Shown here piece by piece: positions 42,161 through 59,025 of a stretch of 64,000 nt of DNA; the first letter of the stretch is position 1; each line of letters opens with the position of its first letter. Made by a program: the position numbers and the translations under genes. This DNA is from the human T2T-CHM13v2.0 reference genome, Homo sapiens. The notes beneath the pieces were generated by a model. The model made no database searches, was not told where the DNA came from, and saw nothing but the letters and a program-made list of their open reading frames with translations. The DNA lies in assembly GCF_009914755.1 (NCBI RefSeq), contig NC_060944.1; one strand, given 5' to 3'.

Positions 42161-42281
42161 TTCCTTCCTTCCTTCCTTCCTTCCTTTCCTTCCTTCCTTC
42201 CTTCCTTCCTTCCTTCCTTCCTTCCTTCCTTCCTTCCTTCTTTCCTTCTTTCTTTCTTTCTTCTTTCTTTCTTTCTTTCTT
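42161..42281. repeat. (TTCC)n/(TTTC)n microsatellite derived from an Alu-monomer tail
   Basis: Tandem tetramers read directly. Confidence 0.9.
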
Positions 42282-44537
42282 GCTTTTAGAGGCAGAGTCT
42301 TGCTCTGTCATCCAGGCTGGAGTTCAGTGGTGCAATGATAGCTCACTTCAGCCTCAATCTCTTGCACTCAGGCAATCCTCCTTCCTTGGCCTCCCACAGC
42401 ACTGGAGTTATAGGCATGAGCCACCATGCCTGGCCTAGAATTTTATATTGAGAAGTGAAGCCAGCTGGACTTCCTGGGTCAAGTGGGGTTGAGTGGGGAC
42501 TTGGAGAACTTTTTTGTCTAGCTAAAGGTTTGTAAACACACCAATCAGCACTCTGTAAAAACGCACCAATCAGCACTCTGTGTCTAGCTAAAGATTTGTA
42601 AACACACCAATCAGCACACTGTAAAAATGTACCAATCAGTGCTCTGTGTCTAGCTAAAGGTTTGTAAATGCATAAGTCAGCGCTCTGTAAAAACGGACCA
42701 ATCAGCACTCTGTAAAATGGACTAATCAGCGCTCTGTAAAATGGACCAATCGGCAGGATGTGGGTGGGGCCAAATAAGGGAATAAAAGCTGGCCACCCGA
42801 GCCAGCAGCGGCAACCCGCTTGGGTCCCCTTCCACAGTGTGACTTTTGACAAATTTATACATCTAGGTAACCAACAACAATTTATAGAATTTTTTCTTTT
42901 TCTCTTTAATTTTCTTTTTCTTTTTAATTAACTCGAACAAAGTGTGGGAGCTTTGTTCTTTCACTCTTCACAATAAATCTTGCTGCTGCTCACTCTTTGG
43001 GGCTGCACTAACTTTATGAGCTGTAACACTCACCATGAGGGTCTGTGGCTTCATTCCTGAAGTCAGCAAGACCATGAACCCAATGGGAGGAACAAACAAC
43101 TCTGGACGTGCCACCTTTAAGAGCTGTAACACTCGCTGTGAAGGCCTTCGGCTTCACTTCTGAAGTCAGCGAGACCACAAACCCACCGGAAGGAAGAAAC
43201 TCTGGACACATCTGAACATCTGAACAAACTCCGGACACACCATCTTTAAGAACTATAACACTCAGCACGAGGGTCTGCAGCTTCATTCTTGAAGTCAGCA
43301 AGACCAAGAACCCACCAGAAGGAACCAATTCCGGACACATTTTGACAACCCAGATGGGACACATTTTGGTGACTCCACCAGGACAGTCACCAAGCAGTGA
43401 GTACCTTTGGACCCCTTTCACTTGCTATTCTGTCCTATTTTTCCTTAGAATTTGGGGGTTAAATACTGGGCACCTGTCAACCAGTTAAAAGCGACTAGTG
43501 CGGCCACCAGACTAAAGACATGGGTGTCAGGCTTTCTGGGAAAGCACTCTCTAACAACCCCCAACTCTTCATAGTTGGGAGCGTTGGTTTGCCTGGAACC
43601 AGCTGCCGCTTTCCCTGTACTTCCGGGCTGAGCTGAGGGTTGACAGAATGGAAAGCCATTCAGCTCTGGGGTCCCAACAACAAGTCGGTTGACACTGCAG
43701 CCATGAGTGGAACTCTCAAAGTCATGTCACCCAAGCGAGACTCGCCCATCTATCATATCTATCCTGACCCTTGCCTCCTGGGTCCTAATGCTTGTCAGAC
43801 AAACTTCCTCTCACCTCTCTTCTCCAAGGCTAGTCCCACTTCTAAAAACCACTCCTTGTCTCTGGTGCTTTTCTAGTTTCTCCTATAAGAATGATCTCTA
43901 GTATAAACTACAGGACTCTATTCCCTTCTTTAGGCACCCAGGCTCACTAATCAGAAAGACACAATTTTTGCCCAAAGCCCCGTTGGGGGCGGGGGACTAT
44001 CTTATCTGGAATTTTAGTATCCCTCCTCAGACTAGCAGGCCTAACAAAAGCTATTCCTGAAGCTAGGATATGGGGAGCCTCAGAAATGATATCCTTCCTG
44101 TTCAAGTGAGGACAAAAGGCATCAGTCTTCCAACCCTGGAGATCCCTTCCCTCCCTCAGAGTATGGCCCTCCACTTCATTTTTGGGGCATAACATCTTTA
44201 TAGGATGGGGTAAAGTCCCAATACTAACAGGAGAACACTTAGGACTCTAACAGGTTTTTGAGAATGCGTCAGTAAGGGCCACTAAATCCAATTTTTCTTG
44301 GTCCTTTTTGTGGTCTAGGAGAACAGGCAAGGGCGCAGGTTTTTAAGAATGCATTGGTAAGGGCCAGTAAATCCGACTTTCCTTGGTCCTCCTTGTGGTC
44401 TAGGAGGAAAACTAGTGTTTGTGCTGCTGCGTCGGTGAGCGCAACTATTCTGATCAGCAGGGTCCAGGGACCGTTGTGGGTTCTTCGGCAGGGGGAGAAA
44501 CAAACAAACCAAAACCATGGGTGGTTTTGTCTTTCAG

Positions 44538-45996
44538 ATGGGAAACACTCAGGCATCAACAGGCTCACCCTTGAAATGCATCCTAAGCCATTGGGACCAA
44601 TTCGACCTGCAAATCCTGAAAAAGAGGTGGCTCAATTTTTTCTGCACTATGGCTTGGCCCCAATATTCTATCTCTGATGGGGAAAAATGGCCACCTGAGG
44701 GAAGTATAAATTACAATACTATCCTGCAGCTTGACCTTTTCTGTAGGAGGGAAAGCAAATGGAGTGAAATACCTTATGTCCAAGCTTTCTTTTCACTGAA
44801 GGAGAATACACAACTATGCAAAGCTTGCAATTTACATCCCACAGGAAGACCTCTCAGCTTACCCCCGTATCCTAGCCTCCCTATAACTCCCCTTCCTATT
44901 AATGATAATCCTCCTCTAATCTCCCCCACCAAGAAGGAAACAATCAAAGAAATCTCCCAGGGACCACAAAAACCTCCAGGCTATCAGTTATGTCCCCTTC
45001 AAGCTGTAGGGGGAGGGGAATTTGGCCCAACCTGGGTACATGTCCCCTTCTCCCTCTCTGATTTAAAGCAGATCAAGGCAGAGCTGGGGAAGTTTTCAGA
45101 TGATCCTGATAGGTATATAGATGTCCTACAGGGTCTAGGGCAAACCTTCGATCTCACTTGGAGAGATGTCATGCTATTGTTAGATCAAACCCTGGCCTTT
45201 AATGAAAAGAATGTGGCTTTAGCTGCAGCCTGAGAGTTTGGAGATACCTGGTATCTTAGTCAAGTAAATGATAGAATGACAGCTGAAGAAAGGGACAAAT
45301 TCCCTACCGGTCAGCAAGCTGTCCCCTGTATGGATCCCCACTGGGACCTCAACTCAGATCATGGGGACTGGAGTTGTAAACATCTGTTGACCTGTGTTCT
45401 AGAAGGATTAAGGAGAATTAGGAAAAAGCCCATGAATTATTCAATGATGTCCACCATAACTCAGGGAAACTAAGAAAATCCTTCTGCCTTCCTCAAGCGG
45501 CTATGAGAGGCCTTAAGAAAATATACTCCCCTGTCGCCTGACTCACTCGAGGGCCAATTGATCCTAAAAGATAAGTTTATTACCCAATCAGCCACAGATA
45601 TCAAGAGAAAACTCCAAAAGTGAGCCCTGGGCCCTGAACAAAATCTGGAGGCATTATTAAACCTGGCAACCTCAGCGTTCTATAATAGAGACCAAGAGGA
45701 ACAGGCCAAAAAGGAAAAGCGAGATCAGAGAAAGGCTGCAGCCTTAGTCATGGCCCTCAGACAAACAAACCTTGGTGGTTCAGAAAGGAGAGAAAATGGA
45801 GCAGGTCAATCACCCAGTAGGGCTTGTTATCAGTGGTGTGCAAGGACACCTTAAAAAAGATTGTCCAACAAGAAACAAGCTGCCCCCTCACCCATGTCCA
45901 CTATGCCGAGGCAATCACTGGAAGGCACGCTGCCCCAGAGGACAAAGGTTCTCTGGGCGAGAAGCCCCCAACCAGATGATCCAGCAACAGGACTGA
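44538..45996 (+). pseudogene. gag: HERV9 gag remnant (open for 231 codons, then stops and frameshifts)
   Basis: [23 protein letters not shown]...[19 protein letters not shown]...[14 protein letters not shown]; zinc-knuckle remnant CPLCRGNHWKARCP. Confidence 0.9.
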
Positions 45997-46435
45997 GGGT
46001 GCCTGGGGCAAGCGCCAGCTCATGTCATCACCCTCACTGAGCCCCAGGTATGTTTAACCATTAAGGGCCAGGAAATTGACTTCTTCCTGGACACTGGCGC
46101 AGCTTTCTCAGTGTTAATCTCCTGTCCCGGACAGCTGTCCTCAAGGTCTGTTACCATCTGAGGAATCCTGGGACAGCATGTAACCAGGTATTTCTCCCAC
46201 CTCTTCAGTTGTAATTGGGAGACTTTTCTACAGATAGTAAGTATACTTATCTAATCCTACATGCCTATGCTGCAATATGGAAAAAAGGGAATTTCTAACC
46301 TCTGGGGAAACCCCCATTAAATATCACAAGGAAACCATGGAGTTATTGCACACAGTGCAAAACCCCAAAGAGGTGGCAGATGGAGTTACTGCACGCAGTG
46401 CAAAACCCCAAAGAGGTGGCAGTCTTACACTGCCG
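45997..46435 (+). pseudogene. HERV9 protease remnant joined by deletion to an RNase H fragment
   Basis: IDFFLDTGAAFSVL (DTG active site at ~46090), then EREFLTSGETPIKYHKE. No RT core between them. Confidence 0.85.
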
Positions 46436-47364
46436 AAGGGAAGTGAGAGGGGAGAACAAAAGGGAAGGAGAAGGGGAGAACAACAGCATAAGTGGCTGGC
46501 AGGGGCAGGGAAAGACCAACAGAGAGTTAAAGAGAGAGACAGAGAGAGACAGAGACAGAAAGTGAGAGAGAGAGATGAAGTGATAAAGACAAAGAGGGAG
46601 TCAGAAAGAAAAGGGGTGGGGGAAGACAGAAAGAGAGAAGGAAATAGAGGAAGAGGCAAAGGAGTCAAAGAGAGAGAAAGAGATAGAAGTAGTAAAGAAA
46701 AAACAGTGTACCCTATTCCTTTAAAAGCCAGGGTAAAGTTAAAACCTATAATTGATAATTGAAGGCCTTCTCTGTAACCCTATAACACTCCAATACCATC
46801 TTGTTGTTAGTGTAAACAAGGGTATAGCCCGAAAGCACTGAGGCCACTGACAAGCCATAGCCTTCCTATCAAAAATCCTTAACCCAGCAAGTTTCCTAAC
46901 AGGGGATCTAAATCTTAATTAATTACCATACAAAGGTCTGACCAGACCAAGGAGGAATTCCCTTCAGGACAGGAGATAGATGTTTCCTCCCAGGCGATTA
47001 AGGGAAAAAGACACAATGGGTATTCAGTAAGTGATAAGGAAACTCTTGTAGAAGCAGAATTAGGAAAATTGCCTAATAATTGGTCTGCTCAAATATGTGA
47101 GCTGTTTGCACTCAGCCAAACCTTAAAGTACTTACAGAATCAGGAAGGAGCCATCTATACCAATTCTGAGTTAATATGAACTGAACAAGGTTTTATTAAT
47201 AGCAAAGAAAAATTAAAATCCCAAACTTACAAGGTTTTCAACTAAAGTAAAGTTTGCTAAAAGTTAACAGTGTAACATGTATTATCCTACTACCACACAC
47301 TGTCAAAGGATTTCTCAGACAGTTTGCAAGAAAAAACGAAATCTATCCTTACTCTACAATCCCA

Positions 47365-47866
47365 AATAGACTCTTTGATAGCATTGACTCTCCAAAACCA
47401 CTGAGGCCTAGACCTCCTCACTGCTGAGAAAGGAGGACTCTGCACCTTCTTAGGGGAAGAGTGTTGTTTTTACACTAACCAGTCAGGGATAGTACAAGAT
47501 GCCACCCAGCGTTTACAGGAAAAGGTTTCTGAAATCAGACAATGGCTTTCAAACTCTTACACCAACCTCTGGAGTTCAGCAACGTGGCTTCTCCCCTTTC
47601 TAGGTCCTGTGGCAGCCATCTTGCTATTACTTGCCTTCAGGCCCTGTATTTTTAACCTCCTTGTCAAATTTGTTTCCTCTAGGATCGAGGCCATCAAGCT
47701 ACAGATGGTCTTACAAATGGAATCCCGAATGAGCTCAACTAACAACTTCTACCAAGGACCCCTGGACCAATCTGCGGGCCCTTTCACTGGCCTAAAGAGT
47801 TCCCCTCTGGAGGACACTACAACTGCAGGGCCCCTTCTTCACCCCTATCCAGCAGGAAGTAGCTAG
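47365..47866 (+). pseudogene. env: HERV9 env TM C-terminal remnant
   Basis: Immunosuppressive-domain remnant [32 protein letters not shown], then the membrane anchor and tail (PCIFNLLVKFVSSRIEAIKLQMVLQME). Confidence 0.88.
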
Positions 47867-48996
47867 AGTGGTCATTGCCCAATTCCCAACAGCAGTTGGG
47901 TTGTCCTGTTTAGAGGGGGTATTGAGAGGTGAAGCCAGCTGGACTTCCTCCATCAAGTGAGGACTTGGAGAACTTTTCTGTCTAGCTAAAGGTTTGTAAA
48001 CGCACCAGTCAGCACTCTGTAAAATGAACCAATGAGCGCTCTGTAAAATGGACCAATCAGCAGGACATGGGCAGGGCCAAATAAGGGAATAAAAGCTGGC
48101 CACCTGAGCCATCAGTGGCAACCCGTTCGGGTCCCCTTCCACAGTGTGGAAGCTTTGTTCTTTCACTCTTCACAATAAATCTTGCTGCTGCTCACTCTTT
48201 GGGTTAGCACTACCTTTATGAGCTGTAACACTCACCACGAGGGTCTGTGGTTCCATTCCAGAAGTCAGCAAGACCACAAACCCACTGGGAAGAACAAACA
48301 ACTCCAGACGTGCCACCTTTAACAGCTGTAACACTGACTGCGAAGGTCTGTGGCTTCACTTCTGAAGTCAGCAAGACCACGAACCCACCAGAAGGAAGAA
48401 ACTCTGGACACATCTGAACATCTGAACAAACTCCAGACACAACATCTTTAAGAACTGTAACACTCACCACGAGGGTCCGCAGCTTCATTCTTGAAAGTCA
48501 GCGAGACCAAGAACCCACCGGAAGGAACCAATTCCAGACACAATATTACCTCAGAAACTCCGCTTGTGCCTCTTCTCAGTCAATCCCATACCCCCCGCCC
48601 CCAGTGCACACACACATATCAAGGCAATTGTTATGGATTTCTGTCACTATAAATTAGATTTGTCTTTCCTAAAGTTTCAATTAAATGGAATAATATACTA
48701 TATACTCTTGTGTCTGGCTTCTTTCCCTCAGCATGATGTTTTTGAGGTTTACCCATGTTGTTGTACATTAGTTCATTCTGTTTTTTGCTAAGGTTTAATT
48801 AGACTTATATAACAAATACTGGGCATGGTGGCATTACAGTAACTCAGGAGGCTAAGGTGGGAGGATCAATTTGAGGGCAGGAGAGTTTTGAAAGCAGTCT
48901 GGGCAACATAGCGAGACCCTGTCTCTACAAAAAAACAAAACAAAACAAAACATTAGCCGGGTGTGGTGGCTTCTGCCTGTATTCCCAGCTGCTTGG

Positions 48997-49964
48997 TGTG
49001 GGGAAAAGAAAGATCAGATCGTTACTGTGTCTATGTAGAAAAAGGAAGACATAAAGAAACTCCATTTTGATCTGTACTAAGAAAAATTGTTCTGCTTTGA
49101 GATGCTGTTAATCTGTAACTCTTGTCCCAACCCTGTGCTCACAAAAACGTGTGCTGTATTCAATCAAGGTTTAATGGATCTAGGGCTGTGCAGGGTGTGC
49201 CTTGGTAAAAATGCGTTTGCAGGCAGTATACTTGGTGAAAGTCATCGCCATTCTCCATTCTCTATTAACCAGAGACACAATGCACTGCGGAAGGCTGCAG
49301 GGACCCCTGCCCAAGAAAGCCTGGGTATTGTTCAGGTTTCCCCTCACTAAGACAGCCTGAGATATGGCCTCGTGGGAAGGGAAAGACCTTACAGCCCCCC
49401 AGCCTGACACCCGTAAAGGGTCTATGCTGTAGAGGATTAGTGAAAGAGGAAGGCCTCTGTGCAGTTAAGAGGAAGGCATCTGTCTCCTGCACATGCCTGG
49501 GAATGGAATGACTTGGTATAAAACCGACCACACATTCTATTCTGAGATAGGAGAAAACCTCCTTATGGCTGGAGGTGAGACATCATGGCGGCAATACTGC
49601 TGTTACTCTTTACTGCCCTGAGGTGTTTATGTAAAGTTAAACATAAATCTAGCCTACGTGCACATCCAGGCACAGCACCTTTCCTTAAACTTATTTATGA
49701 CACAGAGTCTTTTGCTCACATGTTTTTCTGCTGACCCTCTCCCCACCATTACCCTATAGTTATGCCACATTCCCCGGCCGAGATAGTAAAGATAGTGATC
49801 AATAAATACTGAGGGAACTCAGAGACCAGTGCTGGTGCAAGTCCTCACCTGCTGAGCGCTGGTCCCCTGGGCCCACTTTTCTTGCTCTATACTTTGTCTC
49901 CGTGTCTTATTTCTTTTCTCAGTCTCTTGTCTCCACCTTGGGAGACAGGAGTAGGCCCCCTTCA
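48997..49964 (+). mobile_element. HML-2 solo LTR (LTR5B-like, 968 bp) inserted in an AluJ (~48820-50098)
   Basis: TG...CA termini, 6-bp TSD GCTTGG (48991-48996, 49965-49970), colinear with the proviral LTRs. Confidence 0.95.
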
Positions 49965-50788
49965 GCTTGGGAGGCTGGGGCAGGAAGATCACTTGACCCC
50001 AGGAGTTCGAGGCCGCACTAAGCTATGATCATGGCACTGCACTCTAGCCTGGGTGTCAGAGCAAGACTAAATCTCCAAAAAAATTAAAAAATAAAAAAGT
50101 AATTTGAAAAATTAATGTAAAAAGATTTATATACCATACTTTGTTTATCTAGTCAACTTTCGATGGACATTTGGGTCATTTCCAGTTTCTAGCTATACAA
50201 GGCTGCTGTGAACATTTGTATACAAGTCTTTGTCAGCACTCACTTTAACGTATGGTATAGCTAATAAATTTGTCTAGGAAGATGCTACTACCCCATCACC
50301 ACTAGCCAAAGTATATGTATGTGTGGCCAGGAGTAGAGGGGAGGGCAGCATGAAGAATTTGTCTCAGGCCCGGACAATCATAGTTCCTCATTCCCCTGGC
50401 AACAGTAATTGGTCCAAGGAGCAGGCATATGACCCAGAAAGGTTAGTTAGAGTCTTTTCCCAAAAGAAAGAAAAAAAAAATTTCTTCTTGGGTTGCTAAA
50501 ATGGGACAATGTGTACTTGAGGTTATACAGGCTGGCCTTGAACTCCTGACCACAATTTTCTGCACTGGTTGTATAGAGGCAGCCCTTCTACAGCAGGAGA
50601 AAATCAGAACAATGAGTAAGGGAAAATGGGGTGGGGGAGACAGAAAGAATCCCTGCCTCCTCCATAAATTAGACTTATGCCAGACAGGAACACTCATGTT
50701 TAGACAAAATTGGGAGTCTGAAATAAACCTAATAAAGAAGAAACTAGAGGTTAGAAGAGAATGGACATAGTAGATACGGCTGAAATTA

Positions 50789-52659
<1,871 letters not shown>

Positions 52660-52799
52660 AGGAGCCATCAAAGACTTTCTTTCCACTACTTCATATGTTT
52701 TATTTTGTTGTATATTCTTCTAGAACCAGGTTCATTTTTTCAGTTTTGTAGAAAAATAGATGTTCCAGCCACCATTTACATAATTGTCTAGTTTTTTAA

Positions 52800-53116
<317 letters not shown>

Positions 53117-53779
53117 TGAGCCACTGCACCCGGCCGAATAGAAGACTTAAAAAAAAATTTTTTTTGTAGGGATGGAGTCTCACTGTGTTGCCCAGGCTGG
53201 TCTTGAACTCCTGGGCTCAAGCAATTCTCCCACTTTGGCCTCCCAAAGCACTGAGATTACAGGCATGAGCCACTGTGGCTAGTTCACATGGAAGACTTTT
53301 TTTTTTTTTTTTTTTTTTTTAATACAGAGTCTTGCTCTCCCCCAGGCTGGAGTGCAGTAGTGCAATCTCGGCTTAGAAAAACCACCACCTGCCAGGTTCA
53401 AGCAATTCTCCTGCCTCAGCCTCCCAGGCAGCTGGGATTACAGGCAACCACCACCATGCCCGGCTAATTTTGTTGCATTTTTAGTAGAGATGGGCTTTTG
53501 CCATGTTGGTCAGGCTAGTCTCGAACCCCTGACTTCAGGTAATCCACTCACCGCAGCCTCCCAAATTGCTGGGATTACAGGTGTGAGCCATCGTGCCCAG
53601 CCTGAAGACTTTTAAGTAGAGAAGGGCAAGAACAGATCTATACTTGAAAACATTACTGGTAACAGTGTGGAGAATGGACTGCAGGAGGAAAAGAGAAGAG
53701 GTATGAAGGCTTGTTAGAGTCTTTTGGAATTTCCCAGGCAAATAAATGATAAAAGCCTGAATTAGCCTACTCTCTGACA

Positions 53780-54098
53780 CCTGATTAGAATATAAATCAC
53801 CTATAGATAGAGTGGCTTATGAGCGGTTGATGACTTCCCACTAGGATGAATTATTTCATACAGGATGTTTATGCACATTTGCTTTGAAGAGGGAGAAAGG
53901 CTTTTCCTATTGTCACAGCTGCCAGCATTCACCCAGGCAAGCTTCCAGCTTGCTTATGTCTGCAGCTTGATTTTATAGTCTGCGTTTTGTTGGAAAATAA
54001 ATTATTTGGGGGCTGCTTTTTATTAAAAGGGAAACCTTACCGAGGACTTCCTCACCCTTACTATCTGCCTAAATAATTTCTTTTTAACTCCTATATCA
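53780..54098 (-). mobile_element. ERV1 LTR fragment (MER50-like)
   Basis: Minus strand starts TGATATAGGAGTTAAAAAGAAATTATTTAGGCAGATAG; family recalled from memory. Confidence 0.55.
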
Positions 54099-54235
54099 AA
54101 AAATCCACAAAACATGGAATTGGGCCCTACTTGGATTCTACGTTCTGGAATTACTGGGTGAATAACCTTGGGAAAGTCATTTTATCTCTCTGAACTTCCA
54201 TTTTATGATATGTAAAATGGAGATGATAATTTCTA

Positions 54236-54608
<373 letters not shown>

Positions 54609-54780
54609 CTACTTTTATTTTTTATTTTTATTTATTTATTTTTTTGAGACAGGATCTTGCTGGAGTGCAGTGGCGTGATCATGGCTCTCTGCAGCCTCAA
54701 CTTCCCAGGCTCAAGTGATCCTCCCACCTCAGCCTCCTGAGTAGCTGGAACTTCAAGTGCTCACCACCACACCTAGCTAA

Positions 54781-54915
<135 letters not shown>

Positions 54916-56147
54916 TAATTATGTTAACAAACTTGCATGGTAGAAATTATCATCTCCACTTTACATATCATAAAATGGAAGTTCAGAGAGATAAAATGAG
55001 CCACCTCACCCAGCCCATGAAAAGTATTTTAAATATCTGTACACATGTTATTTATTGCACTTGGTATCCCTAAAAGATACTTTTATGTCTGTAGGTGGGA
55101 GTGGGAAGCAGATATTTGTTACAGAGAACAATAGTGGCTATGATTTACTGAGTTGCCTGCTATGAGTCCTGGATGTGAGCCTTAGAGTACCTCTTTCTTC
55201 TAGAAGGGATCCCTAGGTCACAGGAGCTGGTTGGGTAGTAGTTGTATCAACATCTGAGAAAAACATGACTCTTCTGTGGGCTATTTGGATCTGATTACCA
55301 GAAAAGAAAAAAATTTGGTTTGATTTCAATAAATGCTAGAATTTGTAGGGGCAGATTTAGTATCACTAAGACAAAGGAAAGAGAGCACATTGACAAAAGA
55401 AGGAAAAAAAAAAGAGAAAGAGAGCCTCAGAAGGAACATGAAAATAAAAAGCAAAAACTAGAAAAGACACTAGAAAAGGAAAAACAGACTTTCCCAAGTG
55501 TCTCCTATTTCAGACTTTGTATTCATGTTTCATTTCTCATTGTTGTCTCTTGAGGAAGAACTATTCTGTTTAATATAATTTATGCATAGTGAATGTCAAC
55601 ATATTGTTAGTAATACTGTTGTTACAACAAATGATTCCAGAAAATTTTGGCTTGAGTTTGTTATTACATATAATAATTAGCATTTCTATAAATTCCATAC
55701 CTCACTCAAATCCTTCAGATGTGGGATTGCTGAGGAAATGACTTTGAAACTGAAACCTGAAGGATAAGTAAGATTTAGTTCTGAGAAGAATGGGGGAAGA
55801 ATAGTCCAGGCAGAGGAAATGCCATGTTTATAGCCCTGAGACAGGAAAGAGTTCATCGTGGAGTTCATCAAAGCAGGCTCATGTGGCAGATCTCGGGAGT
55901 CTATGCAGGCAAAACTTGGTAAAAAAAAAAAAAAAAAAAAATTCTTCTTTTGTGTCTCAAGTGCTTAGAGTTGACACTAATTGTTAAGTGTCTTGGGTGT
56001 CCAGGCTCAAACAACTGTTAACAGTTGAAACAGCTACCCCTGAGGCCAGGACTAGTTCTGCCCCAGTGAGGACAAAGAGATTTGAGGAGAGGAGAAAAAT
56101 CGAACTTAAGGATCCAGCATATTTATTCAGTATGTCCTCATTCATAG

Positions 56148-56478
<331 letters not shown>

Positions 56479-56597
56479 TAGAGTGTTTAAAGTTTAATTG
56501 TTTTTATTTTCTTAACACTCTACTATAGTTTTTTATGGTGTTAATTTTTCTGGTGATTTGGTGACCGGTCTAGTTCCAGCATCCCCTGTTTCTGTGA

Positions 56598-56888
<291 letters not shown>

Positions 56889-57183
56889 TGATCCACCTAC
56901 CTCAGCCTCCCAAAGTGCTGGGATTACAGGCGTGAGCCACCACACTTGGCCAGCCAGGCACTTTAAAGCCACCTTTGACTCTTCTGTCCTTTATAAGAAC
57001 AATAGATTTCACCTCTGTGTTGTCTCTCTGATGAGTTACCTCTGGTCTATTCTTATGGCCACGGACTGTGTTAGGTTCTTTACTTAGTTTCCTGACTCCA
57101 GCCTCATCCAGCTTAATCTGTCCTTCGGGTTCCTGCCATCATTTGTCCTCTTTGAATACTGTTCTAATTCTGCCCCTTTCTTA

Positions 57184-57614
<431 letters not shown>

Positions 57615-58289
57615 TAGTGGAGATGGGGGTTTCGCCATATTGGCCAGGCTGGTCTCGAACTCCTGACCTCAAGTAATCTGCCTGCCTCTGCCTACCAGAG
57701 TGCTGGGATTACACGCTTGAGCCATCGTGCCTGGCCCAGAATGTATCGTCCTTAAGATTACGTCAGACTTTGCCCTTGTTCTGCCTTTCTAGTATACTTC
57801 TTTTCCTATCCCCAACTCACTCTCTGGCCATCCCAATTTTATAGTCTTCCAGGCCTTTAGGGCATTCTTTTATTCATTCATTCAATAAATGTTTATTGAG
57901 TATCTACTATGTGTCAGACACTGTGTTAGGCACTGGAGATGCATAGTGAGCCAGACAGACACAGTCCCTGCCCTTGTGGAGCCTACACTTTCACAAAAGG
58001 ATGGTGAAGTTCCAACCAAAGAAATATATCAAGCCAGAGTAAGACAAGAAAATTTTCCCCATAGCAGATTAAATAAATTCCTAGGACTCTTCCAGCTGAA
58101 AGGTTGAATCTGAAATTAGATTGGGAAGCTAGTGGGCTACAAGTTACTCATCAGTGGTCTAGACTGGGTAGTAAAGGAAAATAAGGTTGGAGGGGTTAAG
58201 ACTAATTTATGGAAGGCTTTGAATACCAGGCTAATAAGTTTTAAATACAGTTGTAGACAATGATGAGGCATCCACTTTTTCTGATCTGA

Positions 58290-58475
<186 letters not shown>

Positions 58476-58630
58476 TAGTAGAGACGGGGTTTCACCGTGT
58501 TAGCCAGGATGGTCTCGATCTCCTGACCTTGTGATCCATCCGCCTCGGCCTCCCAAAGTGCTGGGATTACAGGCATGAGCCACTGCGCCTGGCCCTGATC
58601 CCTTCTTTAGAGACCCAGAGTCTTGTTTAG

Positions 58631-58753
<123 letters not shown>

Positions 58754-59025
58754 TAATTGTTTGTTTGTTTTTGTAGAAACAGAGTCTCACTGTGTTGCCC
58801 AAGGTAGTCTCAAACAATCATCCCACCTTGGCCTCCCAAAAGTGCTGGGATTATAGGCATAAGCCAACATGCCCTGCTGATCCTTTCTTAAAATTCAGAT
58901 TCTAGGCTGGGTGCAATGGCTCATGCCTGTAATCCCAGCACTTTGGGAGGCTGAGGCAGGTGGATCACCTGAGATCGGGAGTTCGAGACCAGCCCAATCA
59001 AGATGGAGAAACCCTGTCTCTATTA

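Larger units (their letters stand above)
42449..48542 (+). mobile_element. HERV9 (ERV-9) provirus with LTR12(F-like) LTRs, most of pol and env SU deleted, inserted in an antisense old L1 3' end
   Basis: LTRs at 42449-43339 and 47923-48542 (TG...CA), TSD ATAT (42445-42448, 48543-48546), Arg-type PBS, PPT AGAGGGGG at 47912, CCAAT-rich U3 repeats. Confidence 0.93.

Noticed and set aside
46277-46762. 161-aa charged ORF
   Set aside because: RNase H fragment running into a low-complexity GA tract inside the HERV9.
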